DNA of 62,511 nt, taken from contig ML992518.1 in the NCBI GenBank assembly GCA_010093995.1, positions 62,001 through 124,511 of the forward strand. The letters are read 5' to 3'. Position 1 is the stretch's first letter. Every line of letters starts with the position of its first letter. A program made the position numbers and the translations under genes. This document shows positions 15,072 through 25,544 of this stretch, one piece after another. The stretch comes from Elsinoe ampelina (lineage: Eukaryota). A model generated the notes under the pieces. The model saw nothing but the letters and a program-made list of their open reading frames with translations. It made no database searches and was not told where the DNA came from.

Positions 15072-15832
15072 TTAACTAAGGAACCTATACTTATACCTAG
15101 AAAACCTAAAGACTATACTAGTAACTACTCTAACTCTCTAAATCTCTTAAGCTCTACTAGTAGTACTACTAAGGGCTAGCGTAGTAGCGTAGGTAAAAGC
15201 CTTCCTAGTAGGCTAGGTACTAATAATTCTTACTAATAACTTGTTAGTCTTTTAGCTACTAGTAAGTAAGGTAGCAAAGTTCTTATAGGTCGTAGGTAGA
15301 TTATTATTAGAGTTAGATTTTTCTCTCTTTCTCTTCTTCTCGGTAGAAAAATATTTAGCCTTAAGAGTAGTAATATATCTCGCTATTATAGTATAGGCGT
15401 CGTAAATATACTACTTATCGGCTAGTATAGCGTCTAACTTCCTATTCTTATTAGTATAACGACGGACGTAGATAGCCTTATAAGTAACTCTAGTAGCTTT
15501 AAGTTTATTACTATAGCGCTTAGGGAACTAGGAGTATTAGTATTACTCTAATAGAGAATAGACGTTAGACCTATAAAGGTATAGCTATTATAGTAGAGCC
15601 TATAGAGCTAGTAGAAGGTATAATTATTCTACTCCTTATAGTAGTAAGAGTCGTTAGTAAAGTTAGTATTATCTAATATTATATATTTAGTAGCGAGCTT
15701 AAGGTAGTTAATATAAGGGCCTCTCTTAATAAGAATAATATTAGCGTAACTAGAAAATAATAGCGAAGTACCTTCGCGCTAGATCTAGCTATAGTTAGGT
15801 CTACTAGAGGTAGTACTTACTAGAGAAGATAT
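15072..15832 (-). pseudogene. Antisense accessory gene 2 inside Gypsy A (two exons, putative Cys-cluster protein with basic NLS-like tract), RIP-killed
   Basis: ATA (probable RIP-mutated ATG) at 15832. Intron 15574-15528 with (G>A)TAGGT donor, CTAAT branch site and TAG acceptor. EKKRKREK is read directly at ~15340-15318. The stop position is uncertain. Confidence 0.6.
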
Positions 15833-16349
15833 ATTAAAAGAAGATTTCTAATAGTAGAGAAAGAATAATAAGACGTTAGAGAGATACTAGGAGATATTAG
15901 TATAGAATATAAGATAGAGAGTAAGGAGCTATACTTTAGTAAAAGAGTTTTTAGAAGAAAGAGAAAAGATATTCTAATAAGAGAGAAGCCTTATATATAT
16001 ATCGAAGCGTCCTATTATTCTATTATTACGAACAATAGAAGGCTTCTATACTAATTAAGAGAAGAAGAATATAAGAAGAAATAAGGTAGCCTACTAATTA
16101 TTATTATAGCTAGTATAATAGTAGCTAGGAGATAAAGGAATAACGTTATTATATATACTAGATAAGGTAAATTTATATATAAAGTTAAGTAGAGCTATAC
16201 TTTATATTTCTTACCTAATACTAAGATCCTATATATAGACCTCTATATATAGTATAATAATACTTCGAAGGTAGTCTACTCTTTCTCTACTACTAGAGAG
16301 TTTTAATAAGGGACTAGCCTAAGGATAGGCCTATAGAAAAGAAGGTAAT

Positions 16350-16560
16350 TATAATAGGAACTATAAACTTATAGCTAGTAGATAGATGTTAGAGATACGT
16401 TATTCTAGCTATAATTCTATATAGTATATATAGTAGTAGTTCTTAACCTTCTATAGAGAGGTTAGAAATTTATTATTATATTTATATAGTATATACTTCT
16501 CCTCTATTACTTCTCTATCTTAGAGACATTGTATCTACTCTATCTAGATACTCTATTATA
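16350..16560 (+). repeat. 3' LTR of Gypsy A
   Basis: Direct repeat of 8646-8856, followed by TSD CTTCT. Confidence 0.93.
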
Positions 16561-19500
16561 CTTCTAGCTACTTTGCCCTCGATATTATATATACTTTATA
16601 TACTAGCTTTTCTTCTTCTTCTTTTAAGTCTTAATATTTTAATAAATAGACGTAATTAACTTCTTATCTTACTAGTTGTAATTACTATATCGAGACTTTA
16701 AAATAACTACGACTAAGTAACGGAGCTATTAAACTATCTAGTTATTCTACTACTTATATAACTACTAATAACTACTACTTATAAAGAATTAAAGAATTAA
16801 AGAAGAAGCTATTATAACTATAGTTCCTACGTATACTATAACAGATCCTTACTACTGCCGTATAGGTTAATACTATAAACTATAAATATAAGAAGAAGGT
16901 AATAAGTTAAGTTACTAACGACTTAAGAAGAAAGTAAGCTACTAGCTAAATTTTTAAATATTCTCTTTATTACGTATTAACTTTTTCTACTATTATATCT
17001 ATAACTAACTACGCTAAGTATAGCTTAATCTAACTATAGCAATAAAGAGCGCTACTAAAGTAAGCTACTTTAACCTATCCCTAATAATAATAATATCTCT
17101 ATCTACTCTCTCTACTATAATCTTTTTACTCTCTCTAACGCTATACTCCTTAAGAAGCTATAGGAAGAGTATAGTATATAGGCACTAAGAGACGTATTTA
17201 ACTATATTAAGTTCTTCTATAATAAGTAAACTATATAGGTAAAAGGCGCTTATACTAACGCTCTCTACTATTACTACGAGTTAGATACTACTTAGGCCTA
17301 GCTTAGTAATCTCTAATCCGAACTAGACGTATCTTAGTCCTATACTAATAGCGTTACTACCTAAGCTACTTACTACCTAGACAAAATCTAAGAGCTTAAG
17401 GCTAAGGTAAATTAACTAAGAAACGAGATAGAGCGTAGTATACTAGCCCTTTCTATACGTAGCTCTACCTTATTAGAAAAGATACTAGACTCTACTATCT
17501 TTAGTACAGGTATACCAGAGTAGTTTAAGGTCTTTAAGTACTAGATAAGAAATAAGATATACACTAACATAGATCGTTTCTCTATAAGAGATACCTAGTT
17601 TACCTATCTATACTTATACCTCTCTAGAGAAGCTTATACTCTTATTATAGACTTAGCTAATAACGATGTTATTAGCGTTAAAAAGGTTCTTACTCTTCTA
17701 GCTTAGCGCTTTAAGGATCCTAACTATAGAGCTACTATATGTACTTAGTTTACTAACCTCTTCTAGCGTAATAGTATATTTAACTCCTTTATTAGCGAGT
17801 TTAATAAGTACGCTCTTTACGCTAAGATTGCTAAAGAGGAGTAGCTATACTAGATCTATTAGAAGATATCTAATAAGCTACGTAATACTCTAGTTAACTA
17901 CGACACTAATAACCTTACTACCTTTATTACTAAGGCCTACGCTACTAACTATAATATCTAATAGAATAACCTTATTACTAAGTGCACTTAGGCTTTACGT
18001 TCTATACTAGCTATAAGCTACGCTACTACTATACCTACTTACGTACCTTATTCTACCTCCGCGCCTATAGCTCTACCTACCTTTTGCCCTATTACTAGAG
18101 GTACTCTATAGCCTTTCCGTCTAGCTCTAGTACTTACCTATTATATATATAGTAAGCCTAGATATATCTCTACTAAGTATATAGCTAGCGCCTTAGAGAA
18201 GGCTACTTACGCTACTATACGCCTCGTACGTATTAGCGCTATAAAGAAGATATAGTAGCTTTAGAATTACTTAGCCGAATTAAGTAACTAGGTCGATACT
18301 AGTTTAGCCTACGAACTAGATCTAGTTTAGCCTTAGTTCGACCCTAAAATAGACTACGAGTCTACTAACTACTCTAGCTAGAGAAATAAGTAGCTAGAGG
18401 ATAAGTTCTATTCTCTAGTAGAATAAGAGTAATTCGAGATAGATCTAGAGAAGGTATACGTTTAATAAATAGCGTTATTAGCTACTATATCCCTACTATT
18501 ATAACTCCTATTACTATTTATAACTCTTATAACTACTCTTATACTATTACGCTCTAAGCCTTTATTAATACTAGCGCGCTTATTAGCGCCGTAGTTAATT
18601 ATAACGTCCTTAATAAGCTAAAGAGCTTTAGCTACTCTATAGCGTTAGCTAGCTCTATTTAGCTTTAGGCTTATAATAGTGTTCTAATAGAGTAAGTTAC
18701 TTATAGCGTTTCTCTTACTACTACTATCTCTAGTAAGCTAAATACTCTTACTACCTTCTATATTATAGATATTAGCCGTTTTAATATTATTCTTAGCCTT
18801 AGCTAGCTTAAGGCTAATAGGGCTACTATTAACTACAAGTATAGCTTAGTTATATATAAAGAAGAGTTTTTACTAGTTATTATTAAGTAGAAGCTACTAT
18901 AGCTAATTAAAAGGCTAGGATCTAGATCTAAGCCTAGCTTAGATCTAGGAATTTAGCTTAGTAAAGCTACTACTCTAGTTCGGAACTAGTTTAGTTCTAG
19001 TTTAACCTACGAACTAGGTTCTAGTTCGGCTACTAAGATAGAACGAACTAAATTATATCGACTACTAGCTCTTAGGTCGAACCTTAAGCTAGATTAAGAG
19101 AAGTTTAAACTAGTCTCCTATAGTACTTAGTTAATATATAAGTTCTCCTACGTACCTACTTATATAAGTAATACTAAATAAGAAGAACTAACTATTGCCT
19201 TTATCGGCGCTACTACTTTTACATCGGTAGCCTAATACTAAGAGAATAAGGTATTTATAATCTTAGTAAAGAACATTAAGGATTACTACTAGATAGTCTC
19301 TAAGCTAGAGCTAGACTCTATAGTAGTTCTTCTAGAGGAGCTATATAGATTTACTAATATCTTCTCTAAAGAGTAGTCTAATACGCTTCCTCTATACTAG
19401 CTAGATTTTAATAATTGAATTATACTTAAGAATAGAGCTAAACTACTATATACTAAACCTCTACGCTACCTTTTACTAGAAGAGCTTAATATAGTAGAAT

Positions 19501-22500
19501 AGTTTATCTATAAGTACCTCGATAAGAGCTTTATTATACTAAGCTCTACTAGCTACTCTTTACCTATTCTTTTTATTTATAAGCTAGGCGGTAGACTTCG
19601 TCTCTATATTAACTACTATAGCCTTAATAAGGTAACTAAGCGAGACATCTATCTACTACTTCTTATCGAAGAAACACTTATATATATAAGTAAAGCTAAG
19701 TAGTTTAGTAAGATCGATATCTACTAAGTCTTCTACTACCTCTATAACTCTATCGATAGTAAGAACCTTACTATATTCTCTATACGTATAGGCAACTTTA
19801 AGTAGCTAGTAATACTATTTAGCCTTACTAACGCCTCTACTATATAGTAGAGGTTTATAAATTATAATTTTATTAATGTACTAGAGCGCTTCGTATTAAT
19901 CTATCTTAATAATATTCTTATCTATACTAATAGCTCTCGCTATAAGTATACTAAGTATATTAAGCTAGTACTCTAGAGACTCTACGAATTAGGCCTAAAT
20001 ACTAATATTAAGAAGAGTAAGTTCTACCTAATAGAAGTAAAGTACCTTAGTATTATCGTTAGCCGAGATAGAGTTAAAATAGATTCTAAGAAGATAGAAG
20101 CTATTTAAGCGTAGAAGTAGCTAGCCTCTAGTAATACTACTTAGGTAAGAAGCTTTATTAGTTTCTATAGCTATTATTACTACTTTATTAAGGGATTTAG
20201 TACTATCGCTAAGCTACTAAATAATCTACTTAAGAAGGACACCTTACTCTAGAACGATAAGTATACTATAGCGTTTAATTATATAAAGTATACTATTACT
20301 ACTATACTAGTCCTTACTTACTTTAACTACTTAAAATAGATAGTTCTCGAGACTAACGTATCTAACACTACTACTACTAGAGTTCTATTATAATATAATA
20401 GGTCTAACGTTCTCTACCCTATTACCTTTTTTAGTAAGTCTATAAGTAAAGCTAAGCGTAACTATACTATCTATAATAAGGAATTACTAGCTATTATCTA
20501 AGCTTTCGAGGAATAGGCCTCTAAGCTTATAAGTACTTAATCTAATAAGGCTATCTACGTCCTTACTAACTACTAATCCTTAATATACTTTATAAAGACT
20601 TAAAAGCTATTACGCTACTAAGTACGCTAGGCTCTCTACCTTACGTAGTTTAACTTTAAGATTATATATAGGCCTAGTACTACGAACGGTAAAGCTAATA
20701 TACTTACGAGAAGAAATAGAGATATACTATACTTAAAGGAAGACTCTAACCTTCGCTAGATACTACTACTATATAAAGTACTTAATCGGCGCATTATTAA
20801 TAAGCTATATCTAGGCTATATCTAAACTAGACTAGCGACTTAAGCTAAACTAAGAACTAGTTTAGCTACTAAACTAAAATCTAGTTCGTAAACTAGTTCG
20901 CTACCTACTTTACTACCTATATTAGCGCCTACTTTAGCTACTAAACTAGGTATCTATGTAGTACCTATAATAGCTATAGAAGAGCCTTTATCTCTTTTTA
21001 AAGAAGTAGCTAAAGCTAACTTATAAGACGCTAAGTATAAAATAGTTTAAGGTATCTACTATATAATAGAGACCTTTCTAAAGAGGAAATAGCTACTATT
21101 AACCGATGTTACTATTAATAAAGGAATGTTATAGGTCGCCGGCCGACTATTCGTACTATAGTTAATAGCTATAAAGGTTATCTAAGAGGTCTATATATCG
21201 AAGAACTACATATATACTAGAGCTACTAAAATAGCTACTATAATTAAGACTACCTTTTTTATTCTAGGCTATATAAACTTTATTAAGAGGTTCGTTACTA
21301 ATTACTATAACTATAAACGCTTAAAGGCTCGCTATAGCTTACTAGCTAGCCTTCTATTACCTTTACCTATTCTAGAGAGGCTCTAGTAATATATTACGAT
21401 AGACTTTATTACTAGTCTACTCTTAGCTAATAGCTATAATGCGGTGCTCTATATCGTCGATTATTTATCTAAGGAACAATACTTAATTCCTTACTTCTCT
21501 AGAGATAGAGAGACCTTAGCGTTCGAGACTACTAAGCTATTATTCTTCTACGTATAGAAACTATATAGTCTACTAGATAGTATTACCTCTAACTACGGCC
21601 CTTAGTTCGTTAGCGACGTATAGAAAAGACTATACTAGATCCTAAAGATTACTACTAAACTATCTACTATAGGGTATCTATAAATAGATAGCTAATTAGA
21701 GGTTATAAATCGTAAGTTCGAGCGAGTTATCTATTTATACACTATACGCTTTAGTAATTAGACACTTATTCTACTAGTTATAGAATTCTCTACTAATATT
21801 AACCTATTAGAAAGTACTAAGCTATTACTATTCGAGGTTACTAGAGAATATAAGCTAAGGCTAAGCTTCTAGCTCCCTTCTAATATACTATTAATAAGAG
21901 CTAAGCTAAATAAGGTCGACATCCGCGTACTTACTAAGTAACTAGAAGAGGCACTAGCTATTACTAAGGCTAACCTCGCTGTCGCCTAGTTATAGATAGT
22001 AGAATAAGTAAATAAGTACTACTAGCCGATTAAGTTTAAGGCTAGCGATTTAGTTTAGCTATCGATAAAGAACCTCTAGCTATAGAGTAATCTAAAGCTA
22101 CTACTAAAGTATATTAGTCCCTATAAGATCCTCGAGAAACAATTACTACTAGTATATAAGCTTAATCTACTAGCTATACTATAGAGGATTTACCTAGTAT
22201 TCTACGCTAATCTCCTTACTAAGTACCTAAATAACTCTCTACTAGGCTAAGCCTTTAATAAACTACCTCTAGTAGAGGTTAATAGTAAAGAAGAGTATAA
22301 GGTAGATAACGTAATTAATATACGTATACTATAAGGGAAGCTAGTTACTTATATAAGCTAGAAGAGCTATCTAGAGAATCTTATCTAGTAGCTAATTAAT
22401 AATCTTAAAGGAGTAGCCGACGTGCTACGTAACTATCTAGACTATTATACAAATAAGCTAAGGCTAAAATAGATCGACGAATAATATATAATAGCGTTTA

Positions 22501-22529
22501 AGGGTAAATGTATTTAAGAGAGAAAGTAG

Positions 22530-22734
22530 TAATATAAGATAGATACGAACTAGATTTAGTTAGGATCTAGTTTAGGAATTAGTTACGTAATCTTAGTATT
22601 ATAGCTCGGGCTTCTAGCTACTCCGCTCTCGATATTACGTGTACTTTATATACTAGCTTTTCTTCTTCTTCTTCTAAGTCTTAATATTTTAATAAATAGA
22701 CGTAATTAACTTCTTATCTTACTAGTCGTAATTA
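22530..22734 (+). repeat. 3' LTR of Gypsy B (uninterrupted copy)
   Basis: Matches 8560-8645 joined to 16566-16684 with a single CTTCT; followed by TSD ACTAG. Confidence 0.93.
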
Positions 22735-22739
22735 ACTAG

Positions 22740-23625
22740 CGTTAATCTAAGGGAGAATTACTATAAAGGTAGTAGTAGTAGACCTATTAAAGAGCTTAGA
22801 ACTAGTATAGTTAAAGGTAGTTATATAACTCTTAAATTTACTATAGAGTTTATAGCTATTAGTACCTTCTTTATCTTAGTAGTAAGGCCGAGCCTAAGCT
22901 ACTAGTAATCCTTAGTAAGCTAATCTTTAAGCTTATTAACTAGCCTCTATATCTTAGCTAGCTCTAATATTACTACTCTAAATAGCTACTATATACTAAG
23001 ACGCTTATAGGTAGTAGTATAATTAAGTAAAAGAGACTCGAGTATAGCTTAAGTAATAAGACTACTCTTCTCTACTACCTAATTAGCTAGTACTAACTAC
23101 GATAGATTACTTAGCTCGCTAAATACATACTTATTATAGTATAGAGTCTTACTTCTAAGCTTTACTACTAGCCTTACCTCTACTATCTAACTAATATAGA
23201 GCGTATCTAAGTTACTAGAATTAGTCTCTAGTAACTCTAGTACTTATAATAACTATAGTACCTCTATTACCTATATATCTAGCTCTTTCTCTAGTACTAT
23301 ATCCGACTTAATCGACTACCTCGGCTAGTCTAGTATAGGTATTAGAAGCCTTAATTAAAGAGATAGCTACTAAGATCTAGCTTGTAATCTAGCTTATAAA
23401 GGTAGTATAACTTAGTTTATAGCTTACTCTATAAGCCTCTAAAGAGCTAGGTTAGTAGATATAACTTCTAGATAAGGTACTACCTACGCTAGCGCTAGTA
23501 TATAGCTCTTTAGCTAGATAGTTAGACTATAACGAAGGTCCTCTAGTACCTTCTCTAACGAGCTTAAGGAGTGCCTTAAAGAAGAAGAGACTAGTAGTAA
23601 CGACGGAGGAGTAGAGGATATTATA
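22740..23625 (-). pseudogene. 5' part of RIP-killed ORF C1 (unknown protein)
   Basis: About 290 in-register codons ('SSTPPS...EKVLEDLR...') interrupted only by TAG/TAA; the start is approximate. Confidence 0.55.
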
Positions 23626-24409
23626 ATTACCTTCTATACTACTCTTAAAGGTTTCTTCGTATAGCTAGAGTAATAGTTAGTTATAGAAGAAGAACACTTA
23701 TAAGCTATAATTTAGTAACGTTAGTATATACTAACTAGTCTATTATACCTTTTCTCGGCTTCAATTTTATTTAAATAGACAGCGTTATCAAGCTATTCAA
23801 CTCTATATTCTCTATAGACTTCTAGCCAGCCAATTTTGGTGAGCAGAAGTCGGTGAAGAGTACCGCCAAGCCCGGGGTGGCTCGGTTGAACTCAAAACGA
23901 CTGTAGCCCTAGACGATGGATCATCAGACAGAGTGCAACAGTCATCTCAGACCCGTCTGTACAATGGGAGAGAAGCGATACCTAGGGTGCTTTCAAGCCA
24001 CACAGCGGGGAAGCCTGCAAGACATGTCACCAAATCACTGCTGCAGCAGAACAGAGACGTAAAATTTACACAGAAGCCCGCACTCGACTCCCACAGCAAC
24101 TAGGATGTCGCAGAAGCCGTTTCAACATCAAACTCAATGGTCCAACGACTTCATATCGAGCCGCAAGACATCAAGCCGTCATCATCATCACATCTCACGT
24201 GCGGCACGCGCAGACGGTCAGCGTTGCGCAGAGTATATTGGCTCGGCGGCTCTGAAAGGCATAGCCTCAGCGAATGAGGCAAATGAAGGTGAGATGTGCG
24301 TTACGGCGCAGAATCAACATGGATCACATGTCGGGATTATAAAGTAAATGAACAAAGGCCCCAGATTCCAGGCCACCATCTCAGCAAGCTCCAGCCCGGT
24401 GTCATCAAT

Positions 24410-25160
24410 ATGCAAGCCTTCATTCAACGCATTATTCCGTTCCTCTTCATGTTGGTAGTCGCCACAGACGCCATCGCCATTACCGATCCTCGTGTCTTTT
24501 TCCTGCTCACCAAGCTCAAGGATGGCCAACCGGACAAAGTCCGTTTCGATAACAATGCAATCTGCATAGGTGGAGGCTGTGAGTCGTGCAAATGACATTT
24601 ATTGCCACCAATTGGCTTATCTACTTGCAGACGATGGCTTAAGAAGTAATCTAGGTGTAGTCACCAAACCCACAAAGGCTGGCGATACTTGGGCGTCCGG
24701 CTTCGTCTACACCCAATTCTTGACCAGGAAAGGAGAGACGATCACTTCCAGCCCGAGCGACGGCCGGCAGCCAATGTTCCAGATGTTCTCTTTCGGAAGA
24801 AAAATCAATAAGAACAGAAAAATCATAAGCTTGGAACCTTACGAAAACGTCACTGTTGGTCAAAAGGTAATCCTTGACCCATATGACAAGCCGACCCGGT
24901 TTAGCACTGTGACCAGAGAGGAGGATTTCACCCAGTTCGGTGTCAAACCTGGCGCCGAGAAGAGTGGCGTTTCGGCTTTTTTCATCCAGGATGGTAAGCT
25001 CAAGATGTATCGCGACCGGAACGTGAAGGAATTCTTTGGCTGGATGGCGTGCGACTGGCAATTTGGAAAAGCTCTGTACAGCAAGAACAGCCAGGTCGAT
25101 ACTCCGGCCAATTGCGCTGATGTTGAATTGGTGCTCAACAAGATTCAGGTCCGGGACTGA
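24410..25160 (+). CDS. Small secreted protein (232 aa, 2 exons), candidate effector or cell-wall protein
   Basis: Signal-peptide-like MQAFIQRIIPFLFMLVVATDA. GT..AG intron 24579-24630 joins in frame to ORF 24570..25160. The C-terminus 'FFGWMACDW...PANCADVEL' resembles a fungal secreted family of unknown function. Confidence 0.8.
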
Positions 25161-25544
25161 GACTGCCGTAGGAGAGAGGTGATGTCCGCGGCCGAGGCAT
25201 AGAATTCGGCGTTGGGGACAGTTCAGGTCGGACAAGCATAGTAGCTTACATAGCAGCTTCTCAATCTCGTTAGGACTGGCTCCAGAGCTGATGGTCTTGT
25301 ACATGACATGTCATCCACTTGGCCAATCTTGTAGGCCATCATCTGGAACAATGGGCCACCGGTACTTGAACGGCGCGACTCAACGGTTGTGAAAATCTGT
25401 TCGCTGTGCTTGACTATAGAAAGACAAGCCAAGTCCGCGGTACTTCTCATAATCGAAGATAGGTACGTATGATGCATTGCATCGGGACATGGTCGTGGCC
25501 AGCAAAAGTGTCATTCATAGAAATGAACTTGTAAAATTCGCTAA

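Larger units (their letters stand above)
8646..16560 (+). mobile_element. Complete RIP-degraded Ty3/Gypsy chromovirus A with a long accessory 3' region
   Basis: 211-bp LTRs; TSD CTTCT at 8641-8645 and 16561-16565; purine tract AGAAAAGAAGG before the 3' LTR. De-RIP motifs: 'CYRCKQLGHIxSNC' ~9960, protease 'LxDSGA' ~10160, RT 'MPFGLTNAPATFQ...YMDDILIY' ~11060-11175, RNase H 'TDSSGFAISG' ~11615, integrase ~12650-13300, chromodomain 'EYEVEEVVD...YYKILWKGYSEEEASWEP' ~13770-13875. Confidence 0.93.
8560..22734 (+). mobile_element. Complete RIP-degraded Ty3/Gypsy chromovirus B, with its 5' LTR split by element A
   Basis: 205-bp LTRs (8560-8645 + 16566-16684, and 22530-22734); TSD ACTAG at 8555-8559 and 22735-22739; purine tract before the 3' LTR. 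De-RIP motifs: zinc knuckle 'CYxCGKPGHISTKC' ~18140, RT 'MPFGLTNA...YLDDILIY' ~19810-19925, RNase H 'LETDASD' ~20345, integrase ~21200-21900, chromodomain ~22290-22400. Confidence 0.92.
1..23760. other. AT-rich, RIP-degraded transposon block
   Basis: CA/TG dinucleotides nearly absent and TA, TAG, CTA very abundant. The supplied track lists no ORFs here, yet retroelement motifs are recoverable by reversing C>T/G>A changes. Composition normalises at ~23760-23830. Confidence 0.95.

Noticed and set aside
23864..23912. Small GC-rich hairpin (CCAAGCC...GGCTCGG) followed by CTAG, resembling a Helitron 3' end
   Set aside because: The stem is imperfect, CTAG is too far away and followed by A rather than T, and no Rep/helicase relic was recognised.
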